Shown here in pieces: positions 10,788 through 22,390 of a stretch of 64,000 nt of DNA. The DNA is taken from positions 372,001-436,000 of the forward strand of contig NW_026782376.1 in assembly GCF_031769215.1 (NCBI RefSeq). Direction: 5' to 3'. Position numbers and translations under genes: made by a program. Position 1 is the stretch's first letter. Each line of letters begins with the position of its first letter. Source of the stretch: Ylistrum balloti (Eukaryota). The notes under the pieces were generated by a model that searched no databases, was not told the DNA's origin, and saw only the letters and a list, made by a program, of their open reading frames with translations.

Positions 10788-12358
10788 GATCCGCCCGGTC
10801 GAGTTTGTGTATTCTAGTGTAGATCCGCCCGGTCGAGTTTGTGTATTCTATTGTAGTGAGGATCCGCCTGGTCGTGTTTGTGTATTCTATTGTAGTGAAG
10901 ATCCGCCTGGTCGTGTTTGTGTATTCTGTTGTAGATCCGCCTGGTCGTGTTTGTGTATTCTATTGTAGTGTAGATCCGCCTGGTCGTGTTTGTATATTCT
11001 GTTGTAGATCCGCCTGGTCGTGTTTGTGTATTCTATTGTACATCCGCCTGGTCGTGTTTGTGTATTCTATTGTAGTGTAGATCCGCCTGGTCGTGTTTGT
11101 ATATTCTGTTGTAGATCCGCCTGGTCGTGTTTGTGTATTCTATTGTACATCCGCCTGGTCGTGTTTGTGTATTGTATTATAGTGTGGATCTGCCTGGTCG
11201 TGTTTGTGTATTCTATTGTAGTGTAGATCCGCCTGGTCGTGTTTGTGTATTCTATTGTAGTGTAGATCCGCCTGGTCGTGTTTGTATATTCTGTTGTAGA
11301 TCCGCCTGGTCGTGTTTGTGTATTCTATTGTACATCCGCCTGGTCGTGTTTGTGTATTGTATTGTAGTGTGGATCTGCCTGGTCGTGTTTGTGTATTCTA
11401 TTGTAGTGTAGATCCGCCTGGTCGTGTTTGTGTATTCTATTGTAGTGTAGATCTGCCTGGTCGTGTTTGTGTATTCTATTGTAGTGAGGATCCGCCTGGT
11501 CGTGTTTGTGTATTCTATTGTAGTGAAGATCCGCCTGGTCGTGTTTGTGTATTCTGTTGTAGATCCGCCTGGTCGTGTTTGTGTATTCTATTGTAGTGTA
11601 GATCCGCCTGGTCGTGTTTGTGTATTCTGTTGTAGATCCGCCTGGTCGTGTTTGTGTATTCTATTGTAGATCCACCTGGTCGTGTTTGTGTATTCTATTG
11701 TCGTGAAGATCCGCCTGGTCGTGTTTGTGTATTGTATTGTAGTGTAGATCCGCCTGGTCGTGTTTGTGTATTCTATTGTAATGTAGATCCGTCTGGTCGT
11801 GTTTGTGTATTCTATTTTAGATCCGTCTGGTCGTGTTTGTGTATTCTGTTGTAGATCCGCCTGGTCGTGTTTGTGTATTCTATTGTACATCCGCCTGGTC
11901 GTGTTTGTGTATTCTATTGTACATCCGCCTGGTCGTGTTTGTGTATTGTATTGTACATCCGCCTGGTCGTGTTTGTGTATTCTATTGTAGATCCGCCTGG
12001 TCGTGTTTGTGTATTCTATTGTACATCCGTCTGGTCGTGTTTGTGTATTCTATTTTAGATCCGTCTGGTCGTGTTTGTGTATTCTATTTTAGATCCGCCT
12101 GGTCGTGTTTGTGTATTCTATTGTAGATCCGCCTGGTCGTGTTTGTGTATTCTATTGTCGTGAAGATCCGCCTGGTCGTGTTTGTGTATTGTATGGTAGT
12201 GTAGATCCGCCTGGTCGTGTTTGTGTATTGTATTGTAGTGTAGATCTGCCTGGTCGTGTTTGTGTATTCTATTGTAGTGTAGATCCGCCTGGTCGTGTTT
12301 GTGTATTCTATTGTAGTGTAGATCCGCCTGGTCGTGTTTGTGTATTCTATTGTAGCGT
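10788..12358. repeat. 34/39-bp minisatellite, about 43 units, with higher-order repeats
   Basis: Units gatccgcctggtcgtgtttgtgtattctattgtagtgta (39 bp) and gatccgcctggtcgtgtttgtgtattct(g/a)ttgta (34 bp). Blocks of 107 bp (39+34+34) and 185 bp (39+39+39+34+34). Confidence 0.98.
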
Positions 12359-13435
12359 ATTTCTAAAGTTCACAGCGGGATTTGACAGTTTATACTCTGC
12401 ATGCATATTCAATACCCTGTATGTGTTGTCTTTGTGTTTGTTTTATTTTGTTTTGTTGTATTTTTTTCCACTCTTAAGTCTTCTTCTCTCCCTCTACAAT
12501 GTATTTTAATCCCACGCTCTCAGTCAACATCTTCATCTTTATCAATCGATAGTTAAATCTATATTCTCATCACAACACACAAAATTAGACGGACTTTGTT
12601 CTATGATTATGGTAATAAGTTCTACGCCAAGTTTCATTTGCATAGTGGTAAGGCTGAGGATATACATATGATTTGTATTTGACTTTCTTTTGAAATTACC
12701 AAACGAAAAATTATTGAACTATTGGGCTAGCGCACCTTCCCATCTGCATTTTGACAATTGTTTCGACTAATTTCGATTTTCCTTAATTATCTCCGATGTT
12801 CAAATTTACATTCCTCTAAACAGCTGTAATGTGTAGTTTATTTCAATTGTTGGCTCAACTTTATCTAAAACTGAAGTTTATTAAAAGGTGTTTTTCTCTT
12901 CTGCATTTGAGCTCCTATCACCTTTACCTATACTGAGTTGGGTTTATATCATTCATTCTGACCAGAATTCAGTATACGTCTTTTCATTTGATATAGTTAA
13001 GATATTAGAAAAAAAGAAATTGGTTTTTATATCAACTTGTAATCATTACCTTTGTAAACGCGTCGGAGCGTATGAGGTATTGCTATTGACGTTGGTGTCC
13101 CCGGGTATGAATAAATAGTAACGATTGGAAAGTTAACATTTCATAACAATACCTATTGTTATAAGATACTCAATACTATATATCGCTTTATTCAGGTACA
13201 ATACGGTGTATTCTTATATGAATAATTATGCAGTAATGCATGAAATGGAACGATGACATATGTGATACCAGCCTGGTATATTTCCAATCCACTTGCCGTA
13301 TTGATATCATCATTCACCATACGATGTGTATCGTCACAATAGTGATGTTGCAGGATTTTGATCAAGCTCATATATTTCCTTGACCGAATAGGCACACCCC
13401 TCTTTAAGATGATTTTGGTTCTTTAGTTATTAGGT

Positions 13436-13530
13436 GGTAGTGGTGTGTGTAAGGGTTTGTCTTTGTGGGTGTGTCTATGTGGATGTGAATTTGTGGGTGT
13501 GACTTTGTGGGTGTGTCTTTGTGGGTGTGT
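13436..13530. repeat. GT-rich low-complexity repeat (ctttgtgggtgtg-like units)
   Basis: Repeated tttgtgggtgtg motif. Confidence 0.8.
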
Positions 13531-13588
13531 GGATTGGTGGATGGGTTATAAATGTCCCTTTAGGCAGCAGCACAAACTCGACGGTACA

Positions 13589-13627
13589 ATGGTAACACAG
13601 CCATGGTAACACAGCAATGGTAACACA
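13589..13627. repeat. 14-bp tandem repeat x3
   Basis: atggtaacacagc(c/a) at 13589, 13603 and 13617. Confidence 0.9.
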
Positions 13628-14416
13628 AGTTTAACGTTGGCGACCGGAATTCCATCTCCGTATAAAGTGGGAGAAGAAACGAACATTCTTTTACTAGCAG
13701 AAGCACACAGAAAAAATATGATTTAGGTCATTGTTATAGATAATATTTTTACTGGAGATACTTGTCTTTTCTAAGAATCCTGCCTTCTCTTTTAATTTTT
13801 CTCTTGCTGTATTTGTGCCTTTTATTTTCCGTTTCGTTTTGATGTCTCCTTAGTTCGTGTTATTGCCATTTCAGGTCTGCTTTGATTTAGTAAAATATGT
13901 GACGTCATTGATTGTACAGAGAGGTCAATTTTATAAAGAACTCTCGATAAGGACATTTATTGAGTTGTCCATTCTTTTTCTTGAAACCTAAAATTGATGG
14001 GTATTAAGTAAAAATCGTTGAATCGTCGAGTTCAAAGCGTTTACGTGATATAGATTGTCATGGAGACGCCAGTTCTATGCTAAATCAGGTTTTGAGAACA
14101 CCAATCAAAACGATAGCCTTGATTGATATAGGTCTGGGTATTGATATGACTTTTAATTACGTTGGTAAACTAGACGTTTATCTCAATGTCGCCAAAGTAA
14201 AGCAATCTGGGACAGTTCTTGGCGATGTGGACAGAATTCCAAATATTAAGTTTATTTAGAAGTAAAATTTACAGTTGGCTCATCAATCCGATCTTGGATA
14301 GTATGTGATTGGTTGAACTAGCTGAGATATAGATTTCATACTCCTTTGTATATGGACATTACCGGCTTAAAATCCACTGATATCGTGTTGAACATAAGTT
14401 GTATATGTACCTGTAT

Positions 14417-15570
14417 ATTAATAATAATAATATGATAATAACAAGTAAATTATTAATGGAGCCGGGCATTATGGCTATATATCCAGATCAAAATTAAAAT
14501 ACGTTTTTGTCCCGCATATGGACCAGTTCGTGTCTATCTCATGATTGTAATGACTTCCAGGTTGTCCTAAATGTTTATCCAAACGGGATTCAAACATTTT
14601 GATCGTTGGTGACGTAACGACAACATCTGGAAGAGAGTTCCAATGGTTAACAACCCACTCACTGAAATAACGTTTTCTCAAATTCAGTGTACTCCACTTT
14701 TTAGTAGTGACAGAATGTGTCCTCTTGTTATCTCGTTATTGGCTGAAATCTACAAACCCTCTGTGACAGCTCTATCATATCCTCCATTTGTTAGTTTATA
14801 TACATATCATATCTCCTCTTAGTCTCCTATGTTTCACTGTTGGTATGTGTAGGACTTTTCATTCCCGGTATTTGTTTCGTTGCCCTCCTCTGTACGTTAC
14901 CTAATTCGTTTATATATATGTTGTAGATAAGAGTTCCATACTCAGGCCCCAGAAGATGTGGCCTTTCAAGCGCTTTATAAAAAAAGGCCTAATTGTATTA
15001 TCTAAATACGTGTATGTTCTTCCGTCGATTCCCGTTATTTTATTGGCTTTGTTGACCGTATCGTGAAGATGTTCGTTGACAATGAGGTAGTTGTCCCTTA
15101 TAATTCCCAGGTCCTTTTCTATTGTCACATTCTTCAACGTGACTCTCCCGATTTCCTTATCTTTATAAATGTAACGCCGTATTATTAGATTTCATTCCTA
15201 CGTGCATAACCTTGCAATTGTCCGGGTGAAATTTCAAAAAGCAATTTATCTTACCATTTTTTGGAACTGATCCAGATCTTCCTGTCGATTAGAAAAAGTT
15301 TTTACTGTAACTTTTCATCTGTATGTTGTTGGGTTAATAGTTCCCGGAAGGTAGTTGATATAAAATACAAAAAGTGACAGTCCTAAGTCGCGTCCCTGGA
15401 GAATTCTGCTTGTTATCTTCATCCAATTTGACATTTCCCAGTTTAATGATACGCGCTGTAAGTCCATTAACCAGTTAAATTATGGAAACAAGAAACTAAC
15501 TGTTTTATCTGATTAAAACCGCAGATATTTCTCACTAGAAAAAACTCTATGAGCGCGATCATATCTTTTA
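14417..15570 (-). mobile_element. 5'-truncated, degenerate CR1-clade LINE (ORF2 RT and C-terminus, 3' tail)
   Basis: Across frameshifts: NWLMDLQRVSLN..WMKITSRILQGRDLG..LFVFYINYLP; degenerate FADD region (TDEK); QEDLDQFQKW; KFHPDNCKVMHVG; EKDLGII..EHL...VNKANKITG..RTYTYLD; RKRYFSEWVVNHWNSLPDVVVTSPTIKMFESRLDKH. (TTA)n-like tail near 14420-14441. Confidence 0.9.
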
Positions 15571-16329
15571 TTGGAGACAATATCGTGTGCAATCTTCGGT
15601 CCTTCTCCACTCCTATTCCATTTACTTAACTATCTGATGCAGTGGAACGCAGGGATATAGTTTTGGTACATTGTTGTAGGCGTATTCGATCACCTCTTGC
15701 CTCCTGATTCTTGACAGAGAATCCCCTGAAACAAATGTGATTTTTTTTCTGTAAGTGTGTTTAAGTCTTCAGATTAAAGCACGCGGCTAAAACATAGCAA
15801 AGTGGAATGGAGACAAAATTAGGCATGGAATTCAGTTAAATCAAGATGTAAACACAGAAGCACACAATTAGGCAAACAAACAACAAGCAAACAAACTGTA
15901 GAGCGAGCAGCACTCACTGCTCAGTGTTATTGCGATCCATACGTATGTTTTAACCGAGGGGGAAACCTGTAATGTTGATGTGTTCTTCTAGTGAATAAGA
16001 ATATCGACAGAATACGATGTATCAATATCATATGTAGAGACAGTAGTTTATTACTGAATCTGTCTTCTTTTTTGTTGTTACTGTCAGAGAGAGATGCGAT
16101 TCGTCTCTCCTACATAGTACACACGGGACGATAACGATACGTTATGTACAACAGATTTTTTTATGTTCCCACTATAAGGTTTTGTAAAACAGGACACATT
16201 CTCCTTGGTTAATTTTCGCCTTCGATAGAAATTATAGGATGTGAAATGAGAACTGCTACAACGATCGCCCGTTACTTGTATTATCTTCCAAAGCATTTGA
16301 TGTACCAGTTTGGATACGTAATTACCTGT

Positions 16330-16680
16330 ATCAAAAGCAGGTCACTCTAACCTACATTTTTACCTTTGACCTACATCAAAGAAAAAGTTCCTTCGGGCTC
16401 TATCTGCCAAGCTATTTATCACTTGAACTTCATACTTGGAATATAAGGTTACTTTAATGTGATAATTTGTCGCGTATCAGAAGTAGGTCATTGTGACTAC
16501 ATTTTTACTTTTTTATCTACACCAGAAAAAAGTTTATCCGGGTCCAATCTGACGTACATTTGAACTTTTTACCTATTTGGGTTCACCTTCGTAGAACTTA
16601 ATACTCTGGAATATCGGTTCACCTTGGTGAAGTGGTGTATCATTGGGGAACTGTAATTCGCCAAATGGTCTTGTTTTCAA
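16330..16680 (+). mobile_element. Possible degenerate HINE-like element with two approximately 146-bp internal units
   Basis: aggtcactctaacctacatttttacctttgacctaca recurs as aggtcattgtgactacatttttactttttatctaca; the segment ends in ...ggtcttgttt. Confidence 0.35.
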
Positions 16681-17338
16681 ATCATTTGAAGCATTTAACA
16701 TTTGTTCATTATGAAGTGTGATTACCGCAAATTTCTACGCGACTTCAATCAAACGAATCACTGTCGATAATACTTATTCTGTTCGGAATCAAAATTGAGA
16801 TTGAAAAAAACTGCAGATATTGTTCATGTTCGCCGAAGTCTTTGTGTGATACATTCAAATAAAAAAAAATCTTTTCAATAATTTGACTTTTTCATGGATG
16901 TAAAAACAGATGTAAAATATGAAGAAAATATTTGAAATAATATGCAGTTTCACAAGGCAAAAAGAATAGAAGTTAGAAACACATTTTCCGTGGTTTACTC
17001 TATTAGAGTTTCGGCAAGGAATGATTTCATAACGTCGTGTCCAATATAGGTTGTGTAGCTTATTGTTGATACGTTCTGTCAGAACTAGGGCAGTGTGTCG
17101 TCTAGTCGGAGTGAAAATTGTGAGTCAGTATAAAGTATAGAATATTTAATAGAATTAACGCAAGCAAATATCGATAAATCATCAAAATGTCCATAGTTCT
17201 TGAGCTGAACTCATATCTAAACATTGTTTATCATTAACCAACAGCTTAGGGACAGAGCCTTGGAACCAATTCCTGAAATCGGAAAAAAGCGTTTTTCTTC
17301 TGTAACATTCCCTATTCCTGACGGTTATACGTTTACGC

Positions 17339-17356
17339 AAAAAAAAGAACAAACAA

Positions 17357-17388
<32 letters not shown>

Positions 17389-17444
17389 AAAAACAAAAAA
17401 AAAAAAAAAAAAAAAAAACAAAAAAAACAAAAACAAAAAATAAT
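17339..17444. repeat. A-rich / (CA) low-complexity tract
   Basis: Long poly-A runs interrupted by C. Confidence 0.9.
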
Positions 17445-17994
17445 ATATATATAGAATCGACTTCCTAATAATCGTTTTTTAAACACTTTATAATTCAAGA
17501 TAAATACTACTGACCTTTTAAATGTTTAGCATGATAACTAAGTACAGAAAATGTATATGATCGGGAGCAGATGCTTGGTAAATACGTTCTTCCAACATCC
17601 TCGGTCACATCGAGACGGATGTTAAGAGGGCAAAATGATAACAAATATGTCGATCTTTAAATTGTTGTAACGGAAATGCAAGATCCAATTTAGTCTCCTG
17701 AGCAGACGACACATGATTAGACCCCTCGTAATACTCAGGAAAGGAGATGTGCTTATGTCGCTTCTTCCTTACGTACACTAATACTACCGGAGGTTTATTC
17801 ATGAATAAAAACTATAAATAGTATACCGATATTTTAGGAGCACCTTAATCCAAATTCAAATGCAATTAAACTACAGTTGGGAAAAGAGAACAACAAAAAA
17901 TACCATGTCAACACACGCACAATCCAAACTCAAATTCAAAAAATAAAAAAGATAATGCAAAACATGAACAAAAGAAAGAGTCACATGGAAATTT

Positions 17995-18087
17995 ATGAAG
18001 AAGTACAGGGTTAAAAAGACCAGATGTTCCGGAAGAGTTAGCGTCTTCTGATTCATCGATGACCCCAACAACATAAATCTTGGTCGA
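17995..18087 (-). repeat. Interspersed repeat, copy A (unclassified; possibly the 3' region of a Penelope-like retroelement)
   Basis: Minus strand tcgaccaagattta...gaatcagaagacg...cttccggaacatctggtctt...cctgtacttcttcat aligns by eye with 46254-46347 (+). Confidence 0.6.
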
Positions 18088-21000
18088 TCTAAGTAAGTGA
18101 GACCACGTTCCCAAATGAGAACAAGTTATACAACAACGTAACCAACAGACAAATTAACAGCAAGTAATACGAAGGTGTCCAGGAGTTGTTAGCTGAATCT
18201 TGGTCAACACAAAAAAGTAATGTTACATTCTCAAATGATGACATAGTACACAACAGCATACTAACTATTGAACAAATCCACCATTCTGAAATTCCTTTCA
18301 AAATTTGTCAAATGCTTTGACAGAAAGTGTTACCAATGTAAACATGTCTTTATATGTATTTATGCCTTGAAAAATAGTCCGATCTGTTCTTTGGGATGGA
18401 CATTAACTTATTAACATTAAGTTACAAATCGAGATCTCTTTTCTAAAAGTTTTATTTACGAATAATATCTAATTGAGTAAACACTTTGTTAATGTACACA
18501 ATTTTTTAATCAACAAAATTTATCATAAATATTTGAAACAGATACGACTTTGTTTTGATACAATGATTACATAGACATTTCCATAAAGAGACATTTAGGA
18601 ACACGGCAGTGTTGTTAAATCGTTAAAATGCATCAAAGATTAATTTGGTGTTCCATTTCTTAGGACTGAAAACTTCTTAATTTGTTAAGAGCACATTATT
18701 GAAGTAATTTTATTAAACATTCACCGCATAACTCAATAACATACTACAATAAAATCACATTTGATATTACAAGTAATTAGTATATGTTTATTGCCTCCAA
18801 GCTACACAATAAAGACCCAGCCTTGTCTATTGCCAATGGCGTCCATGTTTTTTTAAATACAAATATTGAACAATATTACAGTTGGTTGTTTTTTGTCCAT
18901 GACATTTTGACACTGGTACATCTGTACCAAGAGCAGATGTCTATTACAGTCACCTTTGACCTCGGCGGTATCCCAGTGCGTCTTAGAATTTGTTGTACCG
19001 TCTTCTGCTACCATGCAAGTGTTTATACTCTTGCAGAAATGTATTTTGGCTTTTTATATTACTCGTTATCATTGTAACAAACCATAGTTTAGACCATAGG
19101 CAACAAAATTGTTCTATGCTAGTTTGAGTTTTTTTTATGTGGTCATTTTAGAGTGAATTTCTTTTAATGCAATACTGTAAAGTGCCCTATGTATAGGTAT
19201 TTATGTTTTTTTTTTAAATGATTGCAGACTTGATTGTGAATAAAAACATTGTATCCTATCATAGTTTGATACCATGTTTTGATGAATCTCAAATTAAGAT
19301 GATCCGTTAAGGTGATATGTTTGACTGCGCTCCTTTATACATTGGGTCTCTCTATATTAAATACATCTTTACAGAGTGATTCAGCATACAAATGTATTTC
19401 TGCCAGTAATCTCACAAACTGTGTATCCAATTAGCATGCAATGCTGCTCTTAACTTCTGTTGTGCACATTGAAGGTCTGTATAACAAAAGCCTAATGCCA
19501 AAGCAAAGTGTGCCTATTTTTGCCATTGATATATATATTGACATTTAAGTGTTCGCGACGTATTTGGTGAAGTAAGCATACTGTAAACTTATTTACCTTA
19601 AATAACTTATAATGCCCCATATGGGATGAAAGATACTTTATTTTTCTAGGTATGTAAGTAAACGGAACACGAACGTCAGTTGAAACAGTTAAACCTGTGT
19701 AATAGCAGGCCGTATGAGCAATAAACAGATGGTATGCTGTGTATATTGGTTCACACATTGTTATATTTCCATTAGCCGACACTTATATGAGGTTGAAGGC
19801 TATTGTTTATTTAAAATTGTCTCAGAAACATTTGCAGTCTCTTAAAGCATGAATATCTCTTATCGGAGGGATTTGACTGAAGAACTGATTCAATAAATTT
19901 TCCTGGTTTCAAGGGTAACACATGTTTCAAGGAAAATTTAAAATGGTTTGAAATGTTTAAAATTTCAAGTTAATTCGATATTAACATGAGTTAATTAGGC
20001 AGGTTTAGTGTCTGGAAGACATCAACAAGTTTCTGACAGGCACTTTTGTGGGGTAGGAAATCTGGCAGGGATTCCATATTAATTAAGTCATATAAGGCAT
20101 TTTTTCTTGTATCATAAGATGAACACATGTAGTATGCTTTGAACTGGTTTTGTATAAATGTAATCTCCTACAATATTAACATGTCTTTAACAAGTTTTGT
20201 GTGTCTTTAGAAACACACCTTTTTCAAGGCTAAAGCACAGACGTTTTGTATGACAGTTATATGACCGAAAATGAAAATTTTCATGAAAACGATTCTAATA
20301 TTCAAGGCTATGAAATATAGAGAGCCCTATGAGGATATAAAAGAACCTTGACATTTCTCAGACACACGTTTTGTAATGAGTTCTAGACATCATTAATGAA
20401 ATGTTAGGAAGTAGTTTTATGAGTCCCCTGACGAGTTACTCAGATATTAATTTAATATACAATTTTATTCACCAGATGACGCGTCTTTATTTTTCAATAT
20501 AAAATTTGACGAGATCAGCAGCTGTTTCATGTCATCTAGGTGGGTATATACATGCCAATCAGTCCTTAAGTAAACTATTGACTTCATGTACATAAGGTAT
20601 ATATAGATTCATTATTACTATTTCTTCTTAATGAAAAGACATCATAATGTGTTTTAAAAGTAGGATATAAGATTTATTTGTCGTTCTTTAACATTTTTTT
20701 TTCTGTGGTCGTTTTAGAGAGGTTTCGTATGTGGCCAAAGTTAACCAAAGAACTTCGCTGTTCAACAAGATTTTGACCACGCTTCTCGACATCTTTCGCT
20801 ACATGCATATTACATATATATAAAAAGAAAGTACCTTTTCGTGCTACACGCAGTTCTGATGAATATGTAACGTGGCTTGACGTAAAAGGTAAACAATACA
20901 CAGTTAAAAAAATAAACACTACATGAAAAATAAGGCTTCTGCACCAGATGTCGGGAAGATATCGGTTATTCTAGCTGACTCATAACCTTCCAGGAATTTA

Positions 21001-22239
21001 TGGACTCATTCATTTCCCGTGCTTGAGATGTGAACAATCCATAAAGTAATATATTCCACCAGACAAATCTCGTTTGTTTTGGCTAGAAGATAGTAGATAA
21101 ATAAGGCAAACAGTCATATCACATTTCTAGACTAATCTTGTAGTTTTTGTTTGATACGTAAACAATAAGCTGACTTCGCCATGTTTTATCCATAATACAT
21201 AAACAATCCACATATGGATATCCCGAATTGCTTTCAGTTAATGGGTTGAACAGTTTCAAGCGTTCCATAACTGAATCATACAGTAGAGGTATCAAACCAT
21301 GATGTCACACGAAAAATGGCTAAGAGCAAGAAATGCAAGAGGCGGCTGCAATGATAGCCAACAATCCTGGTCTTTTATAAATTTCAGGAGAGAACCATAT
21401 TCGTTTGTGTTTTACATATGTTTGTGTTTGTTTGGGACAGCGATATAAAAAAAAGTTCCTTGAGGAAGCTGTTCTAAATACCAACAAAAAAAAATCAAAT
21501 ACAGTCCTCCAAAAACAAAACTGGCCAATATATCTAAGATGACATGTCAAGTTAAACAATATCTATATGCATCTCCATAAATATAATCTGTCTGGATCGA
21601 GGTAATATAATGCTCCGCTTTTAGAACTTCAGAAACCACGAAAGAACCACAAAACCACTAGGAAATATCCCATAAAAACAAGAAATGATCGTGTTTTTGT
21701 TAAGTATATGTGAATTTCCCCATAAAGATAATGGCTTTTCCCGGCATTGAACAAAATATACAAAAATATAGTGGATATCTTTTTTGTTTTTGCTTTGTAT
21801 TGTTCTGTTTTCTTTATAAATAACAGTAATATTTCATGGAGTGAGCTAGGAACTTGGATGTTGTTAACGAAAGGACAGCACGAGAGAATATATGAAAGTT
21901 TCCTCCACACGAGATGGAAGATAACTTTTCACCAAGAAACAATAAATCACCATTTTGTTACATTTTCCCTCACACCTCTCATTGATGCCGGATTGGAGTT
22001 TGCCGTTCAGCCTTTGCATGTGTTCTATAAACTTTACTCCGCTAGATAATTCTTTTTCACATCAAATATACAAACCTTCCAAAAAAAATATGATGTAAAT
22101 AAATACAACACTCTAATGATTTCATTTAGATTTATCAGGATCAGTTCACTTCAATGAAACTAGAGTTACCCACCATTCAAAGGATTATCTTTGCCAAGCT
22201 TTTCGTTTTAAAAGTCAACAATGCCCATTAAGAATAATA

Positions 22240-22390
22240 AAATGCTGTGATCTGATTGGTCAAAACTGATGAAATTATCAAACCTGGTTCTTGAAGGTGA
22301 CGTGGAAAATGCAATTAAATGCTGTGATCTGATTGGTCAAAACTGATGAAATTATCAAACCTGGTTCTTGAAGGTGACGTGGAAAATGCA
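22240..22390. repeat. Perfect tandem duplication, period 77 bp
   Basis: 74 identical bases at 22240-22313 and 22317-22390; contains ctgattggtc and ggtgacgtgg. Confidence 0.97.

Noticed and set aside
10788-12358. CRISPR array, or coding Thr-rich repeat protein (many 60-130 aa ORFs; IEYTNTTRRIYTT units on the minus strand)
   Set aside because: There are no unique spacers, the context is eukaryotic, and 34-bp units break the frame repeatedly. The ORFs are by-products of a stop-poor repeat.
14008-14259. Open frame of about 83 codons on +, and an SISRKRFEL piggyBac-like motif on -
   Set aside because: Single weak motif with no neighbouring conserved blocks and no clear splice signals.
17182-17454. 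ORFs rich in Phe or Lys
   Set aside because: They are translations of the poly-A/T tract.
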